From an uncultured Planctomycetia bacterium (lineage in GTDB: Bacteria; Omnitrophota; Gorgyraeia; Tantalellales; Tantalellaceae), in NCBI GenBank assembly GCA_964409365.1, contig CAYPCX010000006.1, forward strand, positions 21,012 to 85,011: a DNA stretch of 64,000 nucleotides, given 5' to 3'. The translations under genes and the position numbers were made by a program. The notes under the pieces were generated by a model. That model had not been told where the DNA came from, made no database searches, and saw nothing but the letters and a program-made list of their open reading frames with translations. Shown here one piece after another: positions 1 to 9,090 of the stretch (the first letter of the stretch is position 1; the number at the start of each line of letters is the position of its first letter).

Positions 1-569
1 ACCGGCGTCACCGGCTGCAGGACGACGACGTTGTCCTTGCTAAGGCCCGAGACCATCTCGCTCATCATCTTGATGTCGTCCATGCCCGTCGAATCGGTAA
101 CAACGGCCTTGACTATAAGTTCCTTTCGCGAGGCGAGACGCGCGAAGGCCTTGTGGATACCCCAGAAATCGACCAGGTATCCCGCGGATGACGGCAGTTT
201 GACGTCCATGGATATTATGTCGACGTATTCCAGCACGCTTTCCAGTTCCTCCGGGAGAGTACCGTTCGTCTCAAGGTACACCTCGTGCTTCCTGTGCTTT
301 CTGAAAAGCGGCAGGAACTCCTTTAAAAAACCCGCGTAAAGAAGGGGTTCTCCGCCCGTAAGGGTAAGCTCGTTGTAATCGTCCTCGAAATCGAGGATCT
401 TTCCCAGCAAGGCCTCCCTCGTAAAAGACTTGTAGCTTTCCAGGTGCGTATCGCAGAACTGGCAATCCAGGTTGCACCCCCAGAAACGGATAAAGAGCTG
501 CTTGCTCCCCGCGAAGGGGCCCTCACCCTGATATGACAGAAATATCTCCGAGACTTTAGCCTGTGTCAT
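1..569 (-). CDS. queE: 7-carboxy-7-deazaguanine synthase QueE (radical SAM), 3'-partial (C-terminus lies beyond window start)
   Basis: Manual translation from ATG at 569 on minus strand: MTQAKVSEIFLSYQGEGPFAGSKQLFIRFWGCNLDCQFCDT..., which is the QueE N-terminal signature and Cys motif. No stop before position 1. Absent from the ORF track because it runs off the edge. Confidence 0.8.
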   Translation of the reverse strand, partial: MTQAKVSEIFLSYQGEGPFAGSKQLFIRFWGCNLDCQFCDTHLESYKSFTREALLGKILDFEDDYNELTLTGGEPLLYAGFLKEFLPLFRKHRKHEVYLETNGTLPEELESVLEYVDIISMDVKLPSSAGYLVDFWGIHKAFARLASRKELIVKAVVTDSTGMDDIKMMSEMVSGLSKDNVVVLQPVTP

Positions 570-621
570 TCTTCAAGTAACAAGTAACAAGTATCAAGTA
601 ACAAGTATCAAGTAACAAGTA

Positions 622-1287
622 TCAAGGACATTTTGCGGGGTCTTTGATCCCCATTTCCTCGAACGCTCTTTTACGGAAAAGACACGATTCGCATTTTCCG
701 CACGGTTCGTCACCGCCGGCGTAACATGACCACGTGCTCTCGAACGGAACTCCCAGCTTGATGCCGAGCTTGATTATTTCCTTCTTCGTCATGTCGATAA
801 GCGGTGCCTCAATTTTTATTTTTTCCCCTTCGACCCCGCGCTTCGTGCCGTGGCGGGCCGTTTCCTGGAAACTTTTAAAAAACACCTCCCGGCAATCGGG
901 GTAATTCGAGAAATCCATCTGCTGCGCCCCTATGAAGACCGCTTCGGCCCCGATGACCTCCGCGAAAGACACGCCATAGCTTAAAAAGATCATGTTCCGC
1001 GCCGGTACGTACGTCTCGGGTATGGACCCGCCTTCGCTTACCAGGCCCTCCGGGATAGTTTTTCCGACATCCAGCAGAGCGCTTCCCTCCCAGGGCAGCG
1101 ATATGTCAAGGACCCAGTAACTGCAGCCCGCTTTCTCGGCAACGTTCCGCGCGCAGTCGATCTCTTTCGCGGCTTTCTGCCCATAGTCAAATATGAGCAC
1201 GTGACACTCGTGGTCCTTCTTTGCCGCGTGAAGCGTGACCGCCGAATCCATCCCTCCCGACAACAGCACGACCGCTTTCTTGTTCAC
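622..1287 (-). CDS. queC: 7-cyano-7-deazaguanine synthase
   Basis: MNKKAVVLLSGGMDS PP-loop ATPase N-terminus and C-terminal Cys cluster (CGKCESC) typical of QueC. Confidence 0.9.
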   Translation of the reverse strand: MNKKAVVLLSGGMDSAVTLHAAKKDHECHVLIFDYGQKAAKEIDCARNVAEKAGCSYWVLDISLPWEGSALLDVGKTIPEGLVSEGGSIPETYVPARNMIFLSYGVSFAEVIGAEAVFIGAQQMDFSNYPDCREVFFKSFQETARHGTKRGVEGEKIKIEAPLIDMTKKEIIKLGIKLGVPFESTWSCYAGGDEPCGKCESCLFRKRAFEEMGIKDPAKCP

Positions 1288-1354
1288 CGTGGTACCCTTT
1301 TGTTAGTGTCAGAGTGTCAAAGTAAACTATGACACTTTGACACTTTCATTACTT

Positions 1355-1720
1355 TCACCCTTGTGTATACGTGGCAGACGAGGACCCGGTCTCCCACACC
1401 GTCACCTCTTTCAGTTTCAAGCCGGGCCGCCTTCTCGATATATCTTCATAGACATGCCGGGCTATGTTCTCCGATGTCGGGTTCATGTCCCTGAAACACT
1501 CCAGTTCATTAAGATGCTTATGATCAAGCTCCGCTATGCTTTCTTTGAGAAGGCCCTTCAGTTCCTTGAAATCTATCACCATACCGGTCGCGTCGAGCTT
1601 CCCGGACGACGCCACTACCTCGACCTGCCAGTTGTGCCCGTGCAGGTCCTCACACTTACCCTTGTAACCTTTCAGGTTATGGGCGCTGCTGAAATCCGAT
1701 CTTACCCGTACAGTATACAT
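1355..1720 (-). CDS. queD: 6-carboxy-5,6,7,8-tetrahydropterin synthase
   Basis: 121 aa, CEDLHGHNW zinc-binding motif of the PTPS/QueD family. Stop/start juxtaposed with kdsC. Confidence 0.85.
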   Translation of the reverse strand: MYTVRVRSDFSSAHNLKGYKGKCEDLHGHNWQVEVVASSGKLDATGMVIDFKELKGLLKESIAELDHKHLNELECFRDMNPTSENIARHVYEDISRRRPGLKLKEVTVWETGSSSATYTQG

Positions 1721-1721
1721 T

Positions 1722-2264
1722 TTAATCGTTAAAATACCTTGAAGTGACCTTGTCCCATGTTCCCTGGGCCTTAAGGATCAGATCGCACACCTCTCGTACC
1801 GCGCCGCGACCCCCCTGTTTCTCCGTGATCAGATGGGATATCTTCCTTACTTCGTCCATAGCGTTCGGAGGGGATACCGCCAGGCCCGCGCGCTTGAGTA
1901 TCGGAATGTCGATGAGATCGTCCCCGATGAAACATATCTCTTCGTCCGTCACCCTGAACTTCCTGCGTATCTTCCTGAGAGCCGTTATCTTGTAATGGAA
2001 ATCGTGATAAAGCTTGTCCACCTTCAGCTCCCTGGCCCGTCTTTTCACGCACCCGGAAGCCTTCGCCGTGAGAAAAACCACCTTCACGCCTGAACGTCTG
2101 ACGAGATAGATCCCCAGACCGTCGTTGACGTCGAAGAACTTCAACTCGTCCCCGAAACTGGAAAGGATCAGCCTGCGATCGGTCAGGACGCCGTCCACGT
2201 CCAGTCCGAGCAGTTTGATCTTCTTCGCCCTTTCAATAACATCAGAAGAATATTTGTTTAACAT
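1722..2264 (-). CDS. kdsC: KDO 8-phosphate phosphatase (HAD-IIIA, YrbI type)
   Basis: LLGLDVDGVLTD HAD motif I. Size and context match (kdsD and kdsA upstream). Confidence 0.8.
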   Translation of the reverse strand: MLNKYSSDVIERAKKIKLLGLDVDGVLTDRRLILSSFGDELKFFDVNDGLGIYLVRRSGVKVVFLTAKASGCVKRRARELKVDKLYHDFHYKITALRKIRRKFRVTDEEICFIGDDLIDIPILKRAGLAVSPPNAMDEVRKISHLITEKQGGRGAVREVCDLILKAQGTWDKVTSRYFND

Positions 2265-2354
2265 GATTACTCCAATTTAGTAACCAGTTACCCGTAACCA
2301 GTTACCAGATTATCTCTTCTGGTTACTGGAAACCGGTTGCTGGTTACAACTCTT

Positions 2355-3314
2355 CTACACAAGTCCCGCTTTGAGGATATCCTGGACGTCCAAAAGCCCC
2401 ACCGGACGACCCTTGTCGTCCACAACGGGTATCTCGTCAATGTGCTTGTCCCTGAGTATCTCAAAAGCTTCCGCGGCCAGCCGCGAGGACATTATCGTGA
2501 CAGGGTCCTTTGTCATCACGTCGTTCACCTTGCAATTCAACAGACCTTCGCCGACCTCGATGTGGCGCCTTAGATCGCCGTCCGTAAAGATACCTATCAA
2601 CTTGCCCCTCCCGTCGACCACGCTGGCGCTGCCGGCCCTCATCTTAGTGATCTTCAGAAGCACGTCCTTTACCTTCGTGTTCTTCGAAACTACCGGGGTA
2701 TGGGCCTTGGACCGCATGATATCGCCTACCCTGAGAAGAAGCCTTTTCCCCAGTGACCCGCCGGGATGATAGAACGCGAAATCCTTCGGCTGAAAGTTCT
2801 TTTTTTCGAGAAGCGCGATCGCCAGCGCGTCACCGAGAGCCAGCATGGCCGTTGTCGAAGTCGTGGGCGCCAGGCCCATGGGGCACGCTTCCTTGTCCAC
2901 GGAACTGTCGATGACGAAATCGCTGTTCACCGCGAGAGTGGACTTCCTGTTCCCGGTGATGGCGATCAACTTGGACCCTATTTTTTTGATGATGGGCAGG
3001 AGCTTTACCATCTCCTCCGTTTCACCGCTGTTAGAAAAGGCGACGATGACGTCGTTCCGCGTTACCCGCCCGAGGTCGCCGTGAAGAGCCTCCGCCGGAT
3101 GCAGATAAAGCGAAGGCGTACCCGTGGAGGACAGCGTAGCCGAGACTTTCTGGGCGATGAACCCGGGCTTGCCCATGCCGGTCACGATTATCCTGCCTCT
3201 ATTTTTGGCCAGAAGGTTCACTATTTTTTCGAAATTCCTGTCGACCCTGTCCACCAGACCGGCTATGGCCTTGCTTTCATTTTTCAGTACTTTTTTCGCT
3301 CTTGAAATGCTCAT
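2355..3314 (-). CDS. kdsD: arabinose-5-phosphate isomerase (SIS plus tandem CBS)
   Basis: SIS domain N-terminus (GMGKPGFIAQK) and a C-terminal CBS pair. KpsF/GutQ/KdsD family. Confidence 0.85.
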   Translation of the reverse strand: MSISRAKKVLKNESKAIAGLVDRVDRNFEKIVNLLAKNRGRIIVTGMGKPGFIAQKVSATLSSTGTPSLYLHPAEALHGDLGRVTRNDVIVAFSNSGETEEMVKLLPIIKKIGSKLIAITGNRKSTLAVNSDFVIDSSVDKEACPMGLAPTTSTTAMLALGDALAIALLEKKNFQPKDFAFYHPGGSLGKRLLLRVGDIMRSKAHTPVVSKNTKVKDVLLKITKMRAGSASVVDGRGKLIGIFTDGDLRRHIEVGEGLLNCKVNDVMTKDPVTIMSSRLAAEAFEILRDKHIDEIPVVDDKGRPVGLLDVQDILKAGLV

Positions 3315-3317
3315 GGT

Positions 3318-4139
3318 TTACCTTACCGCTTTTTCTATTTTTTTGATGTTACCTAAAAAGTCGTCAAGTTCCTCTATCGCCAGCATATTGGGCCCGTCGC
3401 TCCTGGCTTTCGCGGGATCCTCATGCACTTCCACGAAAAGCAGGTCGCACCCTATGGCGACGGCCGCTTTTGACAGGGGGAGCACATACCTCGAGTCACC
3501 GCCGCTCGCGGTGCCTTCCCCGCCGGGCATCTGGACGGAATGCGTCGCGTCGTAAACGACCGGGTAGCCGGTTTGGCCCATTTGCACGATAGCGCGAAAA
3601 TCGTTGACCAGCATATTGTATCCGAACGTGGTCCCTCTTTCGGTGAGCAGGATGCCGCGGTTACCCGCGGACTCTATCTTGGCGACCACGTTATCCATCT
3701 CCCCCGGGGACATGAACTGTCCCTTTTTCACGTTGATGACCTTCCCGGTGGACGCGGCTTTAAGTATCAGATCGGTCTGTCTGCACAGAAAAGCCGGTAT
3801 CTGCAGAACGTCCAATACTTCCGCGGCGGGACCTACTTCTTCCACGCTGTGAACATCGCTCAGGACCGGCACACCAAGTTCATCGCGCACGGCGCCGAGG
3901 ACTTTAAGCCCTTTTTCAAGGCCGGGCCCCCTGAAAGAGATCACCGAACTCCTGTTGGCTTTGTCATAACTGGACTTGAAAATGAACGGTATGCCGTGCT
4001 TGTCGGCTATCTTTTTTATCTTCGAAGCGTGCTCCATCGCGCTCTTTTCCGACTCGATCACGCACGGCCCGGCGATAAGCGCGAGGGGCTTGCCTTTTCC
4101 CACAACGATATCTTTTATTTTAACCGTCTTGGTCGCCAT
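3318..4139 (-). CDS. kdsA: 2-dehydro-3-deoxyphosphooctonate aldolase (KDO-8-P synthase)
   Basis: 273 aa DAHP/KDO8P synthase family. Sits between kdsD and kdsB. Confidence 0.9.
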   Translation of the reverse strand: MATKTVKIKDIVVGKGKPLALIAGPCVIESEKSAMEHASKIKKIADKHGIPFIFKSSYDKANRSSVISFRGPGLEKGLKVLGAVRDELGVPVLSDVHSVEEVGPAAEVLDVLQIPAFLCRQTDLILKAASTGKVINVKKGQFMSPGEMDNVVAKIESAGNRGILLTERGTTFGYNMLVNDFRAIVQMGQTGYPVVYDATHSVQMPGGEGTASGGDSRYVLPLSKAAVAIGCDLLFVEVHEDPAKARSDGPNMLAIEELDDFLGNIKKIEKAVR

Positions 4140-4899
4140 GTGCCTCCAGGATCTCTTTTACCTTCTCCAGGTCCTCCGGGGTATCGACCCCGACGGTATC
4201 ATACCGCGTCTCCACCGTCCGTATCTTGTATCCGTGCTCAAGCGCCCGCAGCTGCTCCAGGCCCTCTTCCTCCTCAAGGGTCGACTTCGGAAGGTTCGTG
4301 TACGTGAACAGGAAATCCTTCGTGTAGGCGTACATCCCTATATGCTTGAAATACCTGCCGCTCACGTCTTCCAGATCGGCCGGGCCCATTACCGCATCTT
4401 CGCCGGCCGTGCGCAAATAGGGTATGGGACTCCTTGAAAAATAAAGAGCGAACCCTTTCCTGTCAACGACCGCTTTTACCACGTTGGGATCGGTGATCTC
4501 TTCTTTCCTGTGTATCCTTTTGACGAGCGTGGCCATATGGACGTTCCTTTCGTACTCGAACACCTGCGCCAGCTCGTCTATCATCAGGGGATGCACAAGC
4601 GGTTCGTCCGCCTGTATGTTCACCACCACGTCGGCATCCACGGAACTCATCACCTCGGCCAGCCGGTCGGTGCCGGAAGGCTGCTCGGGCGAAGTGAAAA
4701 CGGCTTTCCCGCCGAAAGATTCCACCGCCTTGAACACCCTTTCCCTGTCCACGGCCACTATCACGTCGTCTATGTCATGCGCTTTACTGACGCGTTCCCA
4801 GACATGCTGGACCATCGGTTTCCCGTTTATGTCCGCGAGTACCTTACCCTTGAACCTGGTGGAATACCATCTTGCCGGTATTACAGCGATTATCTTCAA
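4120..4899 (-). CDS. kdsB: 3-deoxy-manno-octulosonate cytidylyltransferase (CMP-KDO synthetase)
   Basis: MKIIAVIPARWYSTRFKGK N-terminus typical of KdsB. Overlaps kdsA by 20 nt. Confidence 0.85.
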   Translation of the reverse strand: MKIIAVIPARWYSTRFKGKVLADINGKPMVQHVWERVSKAHDIDDVIVAVDRERVFKAVESFGGKAVFTSPEQPSGTDRLAEVMSSVDADVVVNIQADEPLVHPLMIDELAQVFEYERNVHMATLVKRIHRKEEITDPNVVKAVVDRKGFALYFSRSPIPYLRTAGEDAVMGPADLEDVSGRYFKHIGMYAYTKDFLFTYTNLPKSTLEEEEGLEQLRALEHGYKIRTVETRYDTVGVDTPEDLEKVKEILEAHGDQDG

Positions 4900-4903
4900 A
4901 TCT

Positions 4904-5917
4904 TCACTTCCCGGTTACCTGTTTTAATCTGCTCAGGAGCTCTTTCTGTTCGACAACGGCCGTACCCTCCCGTTCGACGACCATTCCGGCGGCGCAATTA
5001 GCTATACGTGCCGCCTGAATAGGCGATCCTCCGCTCACGGCCGAAAGCGCGTATACGGCGATAACGGTGTCTCCCGCGCCTGATACATCAAAAACTTCCT
5101 GGACGAGCGTGGATATCTTATGAGGCCTTTTCCCTTTTTCAAAGACCATCATGCCCCCTTCACCGAGGGTTATGAGTATAACGTCGGCCTTATGTTTCCT
5201 GACAAGTTTATCGCCGGCCTTAAATAACGCCTCTTTGCTGTCTATGGCAAAACCCACGTCCTTTTCGGCTTCATGGCGGTTGGGCGTTATCACGCTGACG
5301 TCCTTGTAGTAACCAAAATGGCTTTCTTTGGGGTCGACCGCGACGAACTTCTTATTCCTCTTAGCGAGGCGGACCACTTCACTGATAAGCTGGGGAGTGA
5401 TAACACCCTTGCCGTAATCCTCGATCACCAGCGCGTCAAACTCTTTTATACTTTTTTTCACGTATTTCAGGATCGTTTTCTGGTGCCTGAGGGGTATCTG
5501 GTGAATGTCCTCCCTGTCTATGCGGACGACCTGCTGGGGAGAAGGGTTGTGTGCAATGACCCGCGTTTTCAGGCTTGTAGGACGTTTGCCGTCGGAAATA
5601 ACACCATCCGTGGAAATGTTCCTGTTATGAAGCTCCTCGATCAGCTTTCTGGTCTTTTCGTCTCCTCCGCTTCCGACAACTCCCACCAGAGACACTTTTG
5701 CGCCTAAGCTCGAAAGATTGTTCGCGACGTTACATGCCCCTCCCGGCACATAGCTTTCTTTTTTTACCCATACCACGGGTACCGGGGCTTCGGGTGATAT
5801 ACGCGAGACCTCTCCCCATATATACTGGTCAAGGAGAAGGTCCCCGATGACCATGATCTTCTTCTGGCGAAACTTTTTTACTATATTGGCCAGAGTAGAG
5901 TATTTATATTGTTTCAT
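4904..5917 (-). CDS. D-glycero-beta-D-manno-heptose-7-phosphate kinase (HldE kinase domain / RfaE domain I, pfkB family)
   Basis: VIGDLLLDQYIWGEVSRISPEAPVPVVWV and GAGDT motifs. GGAGG SD 8 nt upstream of the ATG. Has its own consensus promoter (see regulatory feature). Confidence 0.8.
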   Translation of the reverse strand: MKQYKYSTLANIVKKFRQKKIMVIGDLLLDQYIWGEVSRISPEAPVPVVWVKKESYVPGGACNVANNLSSLGAKVSLVGVVGSGGDEKTRKLIEELHNRNISTDGVISDGKRPTSLKTRVIAHNPSPQQVVRIDREDIHQIPLRHQKTILKYVKKSIKEFDALVIEDYGKGVITPQLISEVVRLAKRNKKFVAVDPKESHFGYYKDVSVITPNRHEAEKDVGFAIDSKEALFKAGDKLVRKHKADVILITLGEGGMMVFEKGKRPHKISTLVQEVFDVSGAGDTVIAVYALSAVSGGSPIQAARIANCAAGMVVEREGTAVVEQKELLSRLKQVTGK

Positions 5918-5978
5918 CGATTTTACCTCCGAACTTTGCCCGCTAAAAATATTATTATAAAAGGGTATATCGGCGGGT

Positions 5979-6008
5979 ATTTTAGCATGTATGTCCTCAG
6001 GATGTCAA
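5979..6008 (-). promoter_or_regulatory. sigma70-type promoter candidate for the heptose kinase gene: TTGACA-N18-TAAAAT (minus-strand sense)
   Basis: Read on the minus strand: TTGACAtcctgaggacatacatgcTAAAAT, about 55 nt upstream of the ATG at 5917. An AT-rich 160-bp spacer follows trxA. Confidence 0.5.
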
Positions 6009-6076
6009 TTTCATTACACGCCAGCGTAAATCTGACTTTTCTCAGTTTAACTTTCTGCGTTGAGATGAACTGGTCT

Positions 6077-6394
6077 TCAGAGAGTAGCGTCTATCCTGGA
6101 TACAAGGTCTACTTTCGGGACCACGCCTATGATCTTGTCGACCGCCTCCCCGCCCTTGAATATTATCATCGTGGGGATGTTCATTATACCGTATTGTGAA
6201 GAAGTTTGCGGGGCTTCCTCCACGTTAAGTTTGCAGATCTTGACTTTGCCGTTATATTCCTCGGCTATCTCACCCAGGATGGGAGCTATCATCTTGCAGG
6301 GACCGCACCATTCGGCCCAGAAATCCACCAGGACGGGCAGTTCCGCGTCCAGCACTTCCTGTTTGAAGTTGACGTCATTTACGTTGATTTCCAT
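6077..6394 (-). CDS. trxA: thioredoxin
   Basis: 105 aa with the WCGPCK active site. Confidence 0.9.
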   Translation of the reverse strand: MEINVNDVNFKQEVLDAELPVLVDFWAEWCGPCKMIAPILGEIAEEYNGKVKICKLNVEEAPQTSSQYGIMNIPTMIIFKGGEAVDKIIGVVPKVDLVSRIDATL

Positions 6395-6411
6395 GATTTT
6401 TCTCCTTTATT

Positions 6412-7455
6412 TTATTTAACACCTGTCTGGTCCAGGACTTTTTCCGATGCCTCGATGACCTCCTCGACCGTGATCGCTTTCAAGCATTCGAAACCCTTAT
6501 CGCAATCGTGGGCAAGGCAGACTTCGCATCCCACATCCTTGTGAAGAATAACATCCCTGCCGCCGAGAGGTCCCCATCTCCCGGGAGAAAGCCCGGGGTC
6601 CTTCCTGCCGAAGATAGCGACCACCGGCGTATTAACGGCCGACGCGATATGTACCGGTCCGGAATCATTCGAAATAAAGAGCCGGCAACGTGAAAGGAAT
6701 TCGGCAAGTTCACCCACCAGAAGCATACCGGTAATATCTGCCACCCTGGTCTTCGCCATCTGCGTCACCCTGTCGCTGAAAGATCTTGTCTCATCACCGC
6801 CGACAAGCACTATGCTGTACCCTTTCCCGTTCAACTCATCGGCCAGCGCGGCGAACCTTTCGGGCGGCCACCTTTTAGAAGGACAGCTCGCTCCCGCGTG
6901 AAGGGCGATAATGTCGCCGCCGATCGCCTGATCCCTCATTACAGTGTCGACCAGTCGCCTGTCCCCGTCATCGGTGAACATGTACGGACGCCTGTCGGCG
7001 CCGTCCACGTCGAAGCCGGCACGCTCGAGAAGATCGAAGTTGTAATCCGCCTCGTGCATGCCGCCTTCCTGTTTAAAGTGGGCTATCCTTTTCGTAAGAA
7101 GCCATCCCGTCTTTTTGTCGTACCCTATTCTCTCGGGGATCCCGGCCAGCTTCAGCATAATGTGCACCCTGTTCGTCGGATGCAGCGCTATCGCCGTATC
7201 GAATCTTTTTTTCCGGAGCCCGAACGCGAACTTCACGGTGCCGGGGAAACTCTTCTGAAAACCGTATTTGTCGTAAAGTATCACTTCATTGAGATCGGGA
7301 TTGTTGTCCACGACGTCATGGTTCTCGGGCCTGACCATCATGGCGATGTAGGCGTCGGGGTAAAGCTTGCGAAGGTGCCTTATCACGGGCGTGCTCAGCA
7401 CCACGTCTCCGAGTCGATCAGTACGGGTTATTAGTATTCGCTTTGGTTCTTGCAT
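6412..7455 (-). CDS. ADP-heptose:LPS heptosyltransferase (GT9)
   Basis: GT9 family N-terminus (ILITRTDRLGDVVLSTP). I place the start at the ATG (MQEPKR...) at 7455. The track's longer version begins at a TTG inside a heptamer array. Confidence 0.75.
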   Translation of the reverse strand: MQEPKRILITRTDRLGDVVLSTPVIRHLRKLYPDAYIAMMVRPENHDVVDNNPDLNEVILYDKYGFQKSFPGTVKFAFGLRKKRFDTAIALHPTNRVHIMLKLAGIPERIGYDKKTGWLLTKRIAHFKQEGGMHEADYNFDLLERAGFDVDGADRRPYMFTDDGDRRLVDTVMRDQAIGGDIIALHAGASCPSKRWPPERFAALADELNGKGYSIVLVGGDETRSFSDRVTQMAKTRVADITGMLLVGELAEFLSRCRLFISNDSGPVHIASAVNTPVVAIFGRKDPGLSPGRWGPLGGRDVILHKDVGCEVCLAHDCDKGFECLKAITVEEVIEASEKVLDQTGVK

Positions 7456-7585
7456 GTTTAAGTTACAAGTTACAAATGAAAAATTAAAAATCAAAGTTAA
7501 AAGTTCAAAAGTAAAAGCTTTTGTTTGAAGAAGTTTTTTTGTCCATAATTTTTGACTCTAAATTTCAATCCTTGATTCTTAAATC

Positions 7586-8095
7586 TTAATTCTTCACTAA
7601 CTCCTCGTATACCTTCCGGTATATCTCGTAGTCACCCTCCGAAAAACATACATAAACGATCTTATCAAAGTCGTTGATCCGGCTGAGGCCTTCCTCGATC
7701 GCTATCCTCGTGGCGTCTTCGATAGGATACCCGTATATACCGGTACTTATAGCGGGAAAAGCGATAGAGCCCATGCCGTTCTCTTTCGCGAGGCTGAAAC
7801 TGTTCGCATAACAGCTCCTTAATAGTTCCGGCTCCCCGGACTTCCCCCCGTTCCACACCGGGCCGGGCGTGTGGATTATCTTCTTCGCTTTAAGTTCTCC
7901 CGCGCCGGTGATAACGGCATCGCCCGTTTTGCATCCTCCGATCTTCCTGCACTCATCCATAACGGCAGGCCCGGCCGCCTTGTGAATGGCCCCGTCCACT
8001 CCACCGCCTCCCCTGAGGCCGGTATTGGCGGCGTTTACGATCACATCGACGTCTTCCTTCGTTATGTCACCCCGTTTAATGACCATCTTACCCAT
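7586..8095 (-). CDS. macro domain protein (ADP-ribose / O-acetyl-ADP-ribose processing, YmdB-like)
   Basis: VIKRGDITKEDVDVIVNAANTGLRGGGGVDGAIH macro-domain signature. Start taken at MGKM (8095), which has an AAAGAGG SD. The track's N-terminal extension is unlikely. Confidence 0.75.
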   Translation of the reverse strand: MGKMVIKRGDITKEDVDVIVNAANTGLRGGGGVDGAIHKAAGPAVMDECRKIGGCKTGDAVITGAGELKAKKIIHTPGPVWNGGKSGEPELLRSCYANSFSLAKENGMGSIAFPAISTGIYGYPIEDATRIAIEEGLSRINDFDKIVYVCFSEGDYEIYRKVYEELVKN

Positions 8096-9089
8096 ATAAT
8101 ACCTCTTTCGCGGCATCGAACACTTTTTCCACGGAAAGCCCCGGGAGACATCCCTCATCGGGGCCTACCCGGCATAAAGCCCTCCCGCAGGGACGGCACG
8201 GAACGTCCGGGTTGAGGACCCTGCTCTTTTTCGACAACGGCCCGTATTTCTTCTCGTCCGAAGGCCCGAAAATAGCGATAACGGGTGTATCCACCGCGCT
8301 GGCCACATGCATCGGCGCGCTGTCATTCGTCACCAGGAGGTCCGCCCTCTTGATGAACCCGGTAAGCAGACCGAGCGAAGTCCTGCGGGAAAGGTCCGTC
8401 ACTTCCTCTTTTACGCAGGACATGAACTTTTCCACTACTTCCTTGTCGTCCTCGTTCCCTACTACCAGGATTTTACACCCGGTGTCCGAGACCAGTTTGT
8501 CGGAAAGAGCCGCGAAATTCTCCGCTCCCCACCTCTTGAGATGGCTTTTAGCCCCGGGATTGATGATCACGATCTTTCTGTCTCCGGCACTCTTAAGCGT
8601 CTCTTCCACGGTCTTCTCTTCCTGTTCGATCACGGGCATGAAGAACCTGTTCCCCGAGAACGGATCGATACCTAACCCCGCGAGTTTCGCGAGATGTTCA
8701 TCCTTTTTGTGACCTGTGTGTATTCCGGAAGGTCTTTTATATAAAGGGTTTACGTTAAATATCCCGGTGCGGTGCTTTGCCCCGACGATATAAGGGATGA
8801 GTGAATTCTTGAGATCCACGACCAGGTCGTATTTCGCGCGGCGCAGGTCACGGATATATTCGAAATATTCGCCCAGGGACCTGTCCTTCTTGTGTATGAT
8901 CACGTCCCTTACCGCGGGATGAAGGAGAAATATCTCATCGCCCGGCAGCCCGGTGACAACATCGATCTCGGCTCCGGGGAACTCATCGTGCAGCTTCTCC
9001 AGGACCGGGGTGGTCAATATTATATCACCGAGGTTGCTCAGCGTGATAAAAAGTATCGTTCTTACCTTTTCCTTGTCTATTTTCATCAA
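8088..9089 (-). CDS. LPS heptosyltransferase (GT9)
   Basis: GT9 family (ILFITLSNLGDIILTTPVLEKL). Confidence 0.75.
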   Translation of the reverse strand: MMKIDKEKVRTILFITLSNLGDIILTTPVLEKLHDEFPGAEIDVVTGLPGDEIFLLHPAVRDVIIHKKDRSLGEYFEYIRDLRRAKYDLVVDLKNSLIPYIVGAKHRTGIFNVNPLYKRPSGIHTGHKKDEHLAKLAGLGIDPFSGNRFFMPVIEQEEKTVEETLKSAGDRKIVIINPGAKSHLKRWGAENFAALSDKLVSDTGCKILVVGNEDDKEVVEKFMSCVKEEVTDLSRRTSLGLLTGFIKRADLLVTNDSAPMHVASAVDTPVIAIFGPSDEKKYGPLSKKSRVLNPDVPCRPCGRALCRVGPDEGCLPGLSVEKVFDAAKEVLYG

Positions 9090-9090
9090 G

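Noticed and set aside
2265-2354. preQ1 riboswitch or T-box leaders upstream of queD/queC, ilvB or lysS
   Set aside because: No sequence resembling the preQ1-I core or a T-box specifier/antiterminator was seen. Available spacers are too short or are heptamer arrays. Checked by eye only, so a CM scan is still advisable.
6412-7494. Longer heptosyltransferase starting at 7494 (MIFNFSFVTCNLN...)
   Set aside because: That start is a TTG inside an AT-rich heptamer array and has no SD. The conserved GT9 N-terminus begins at the ATG at 7455.
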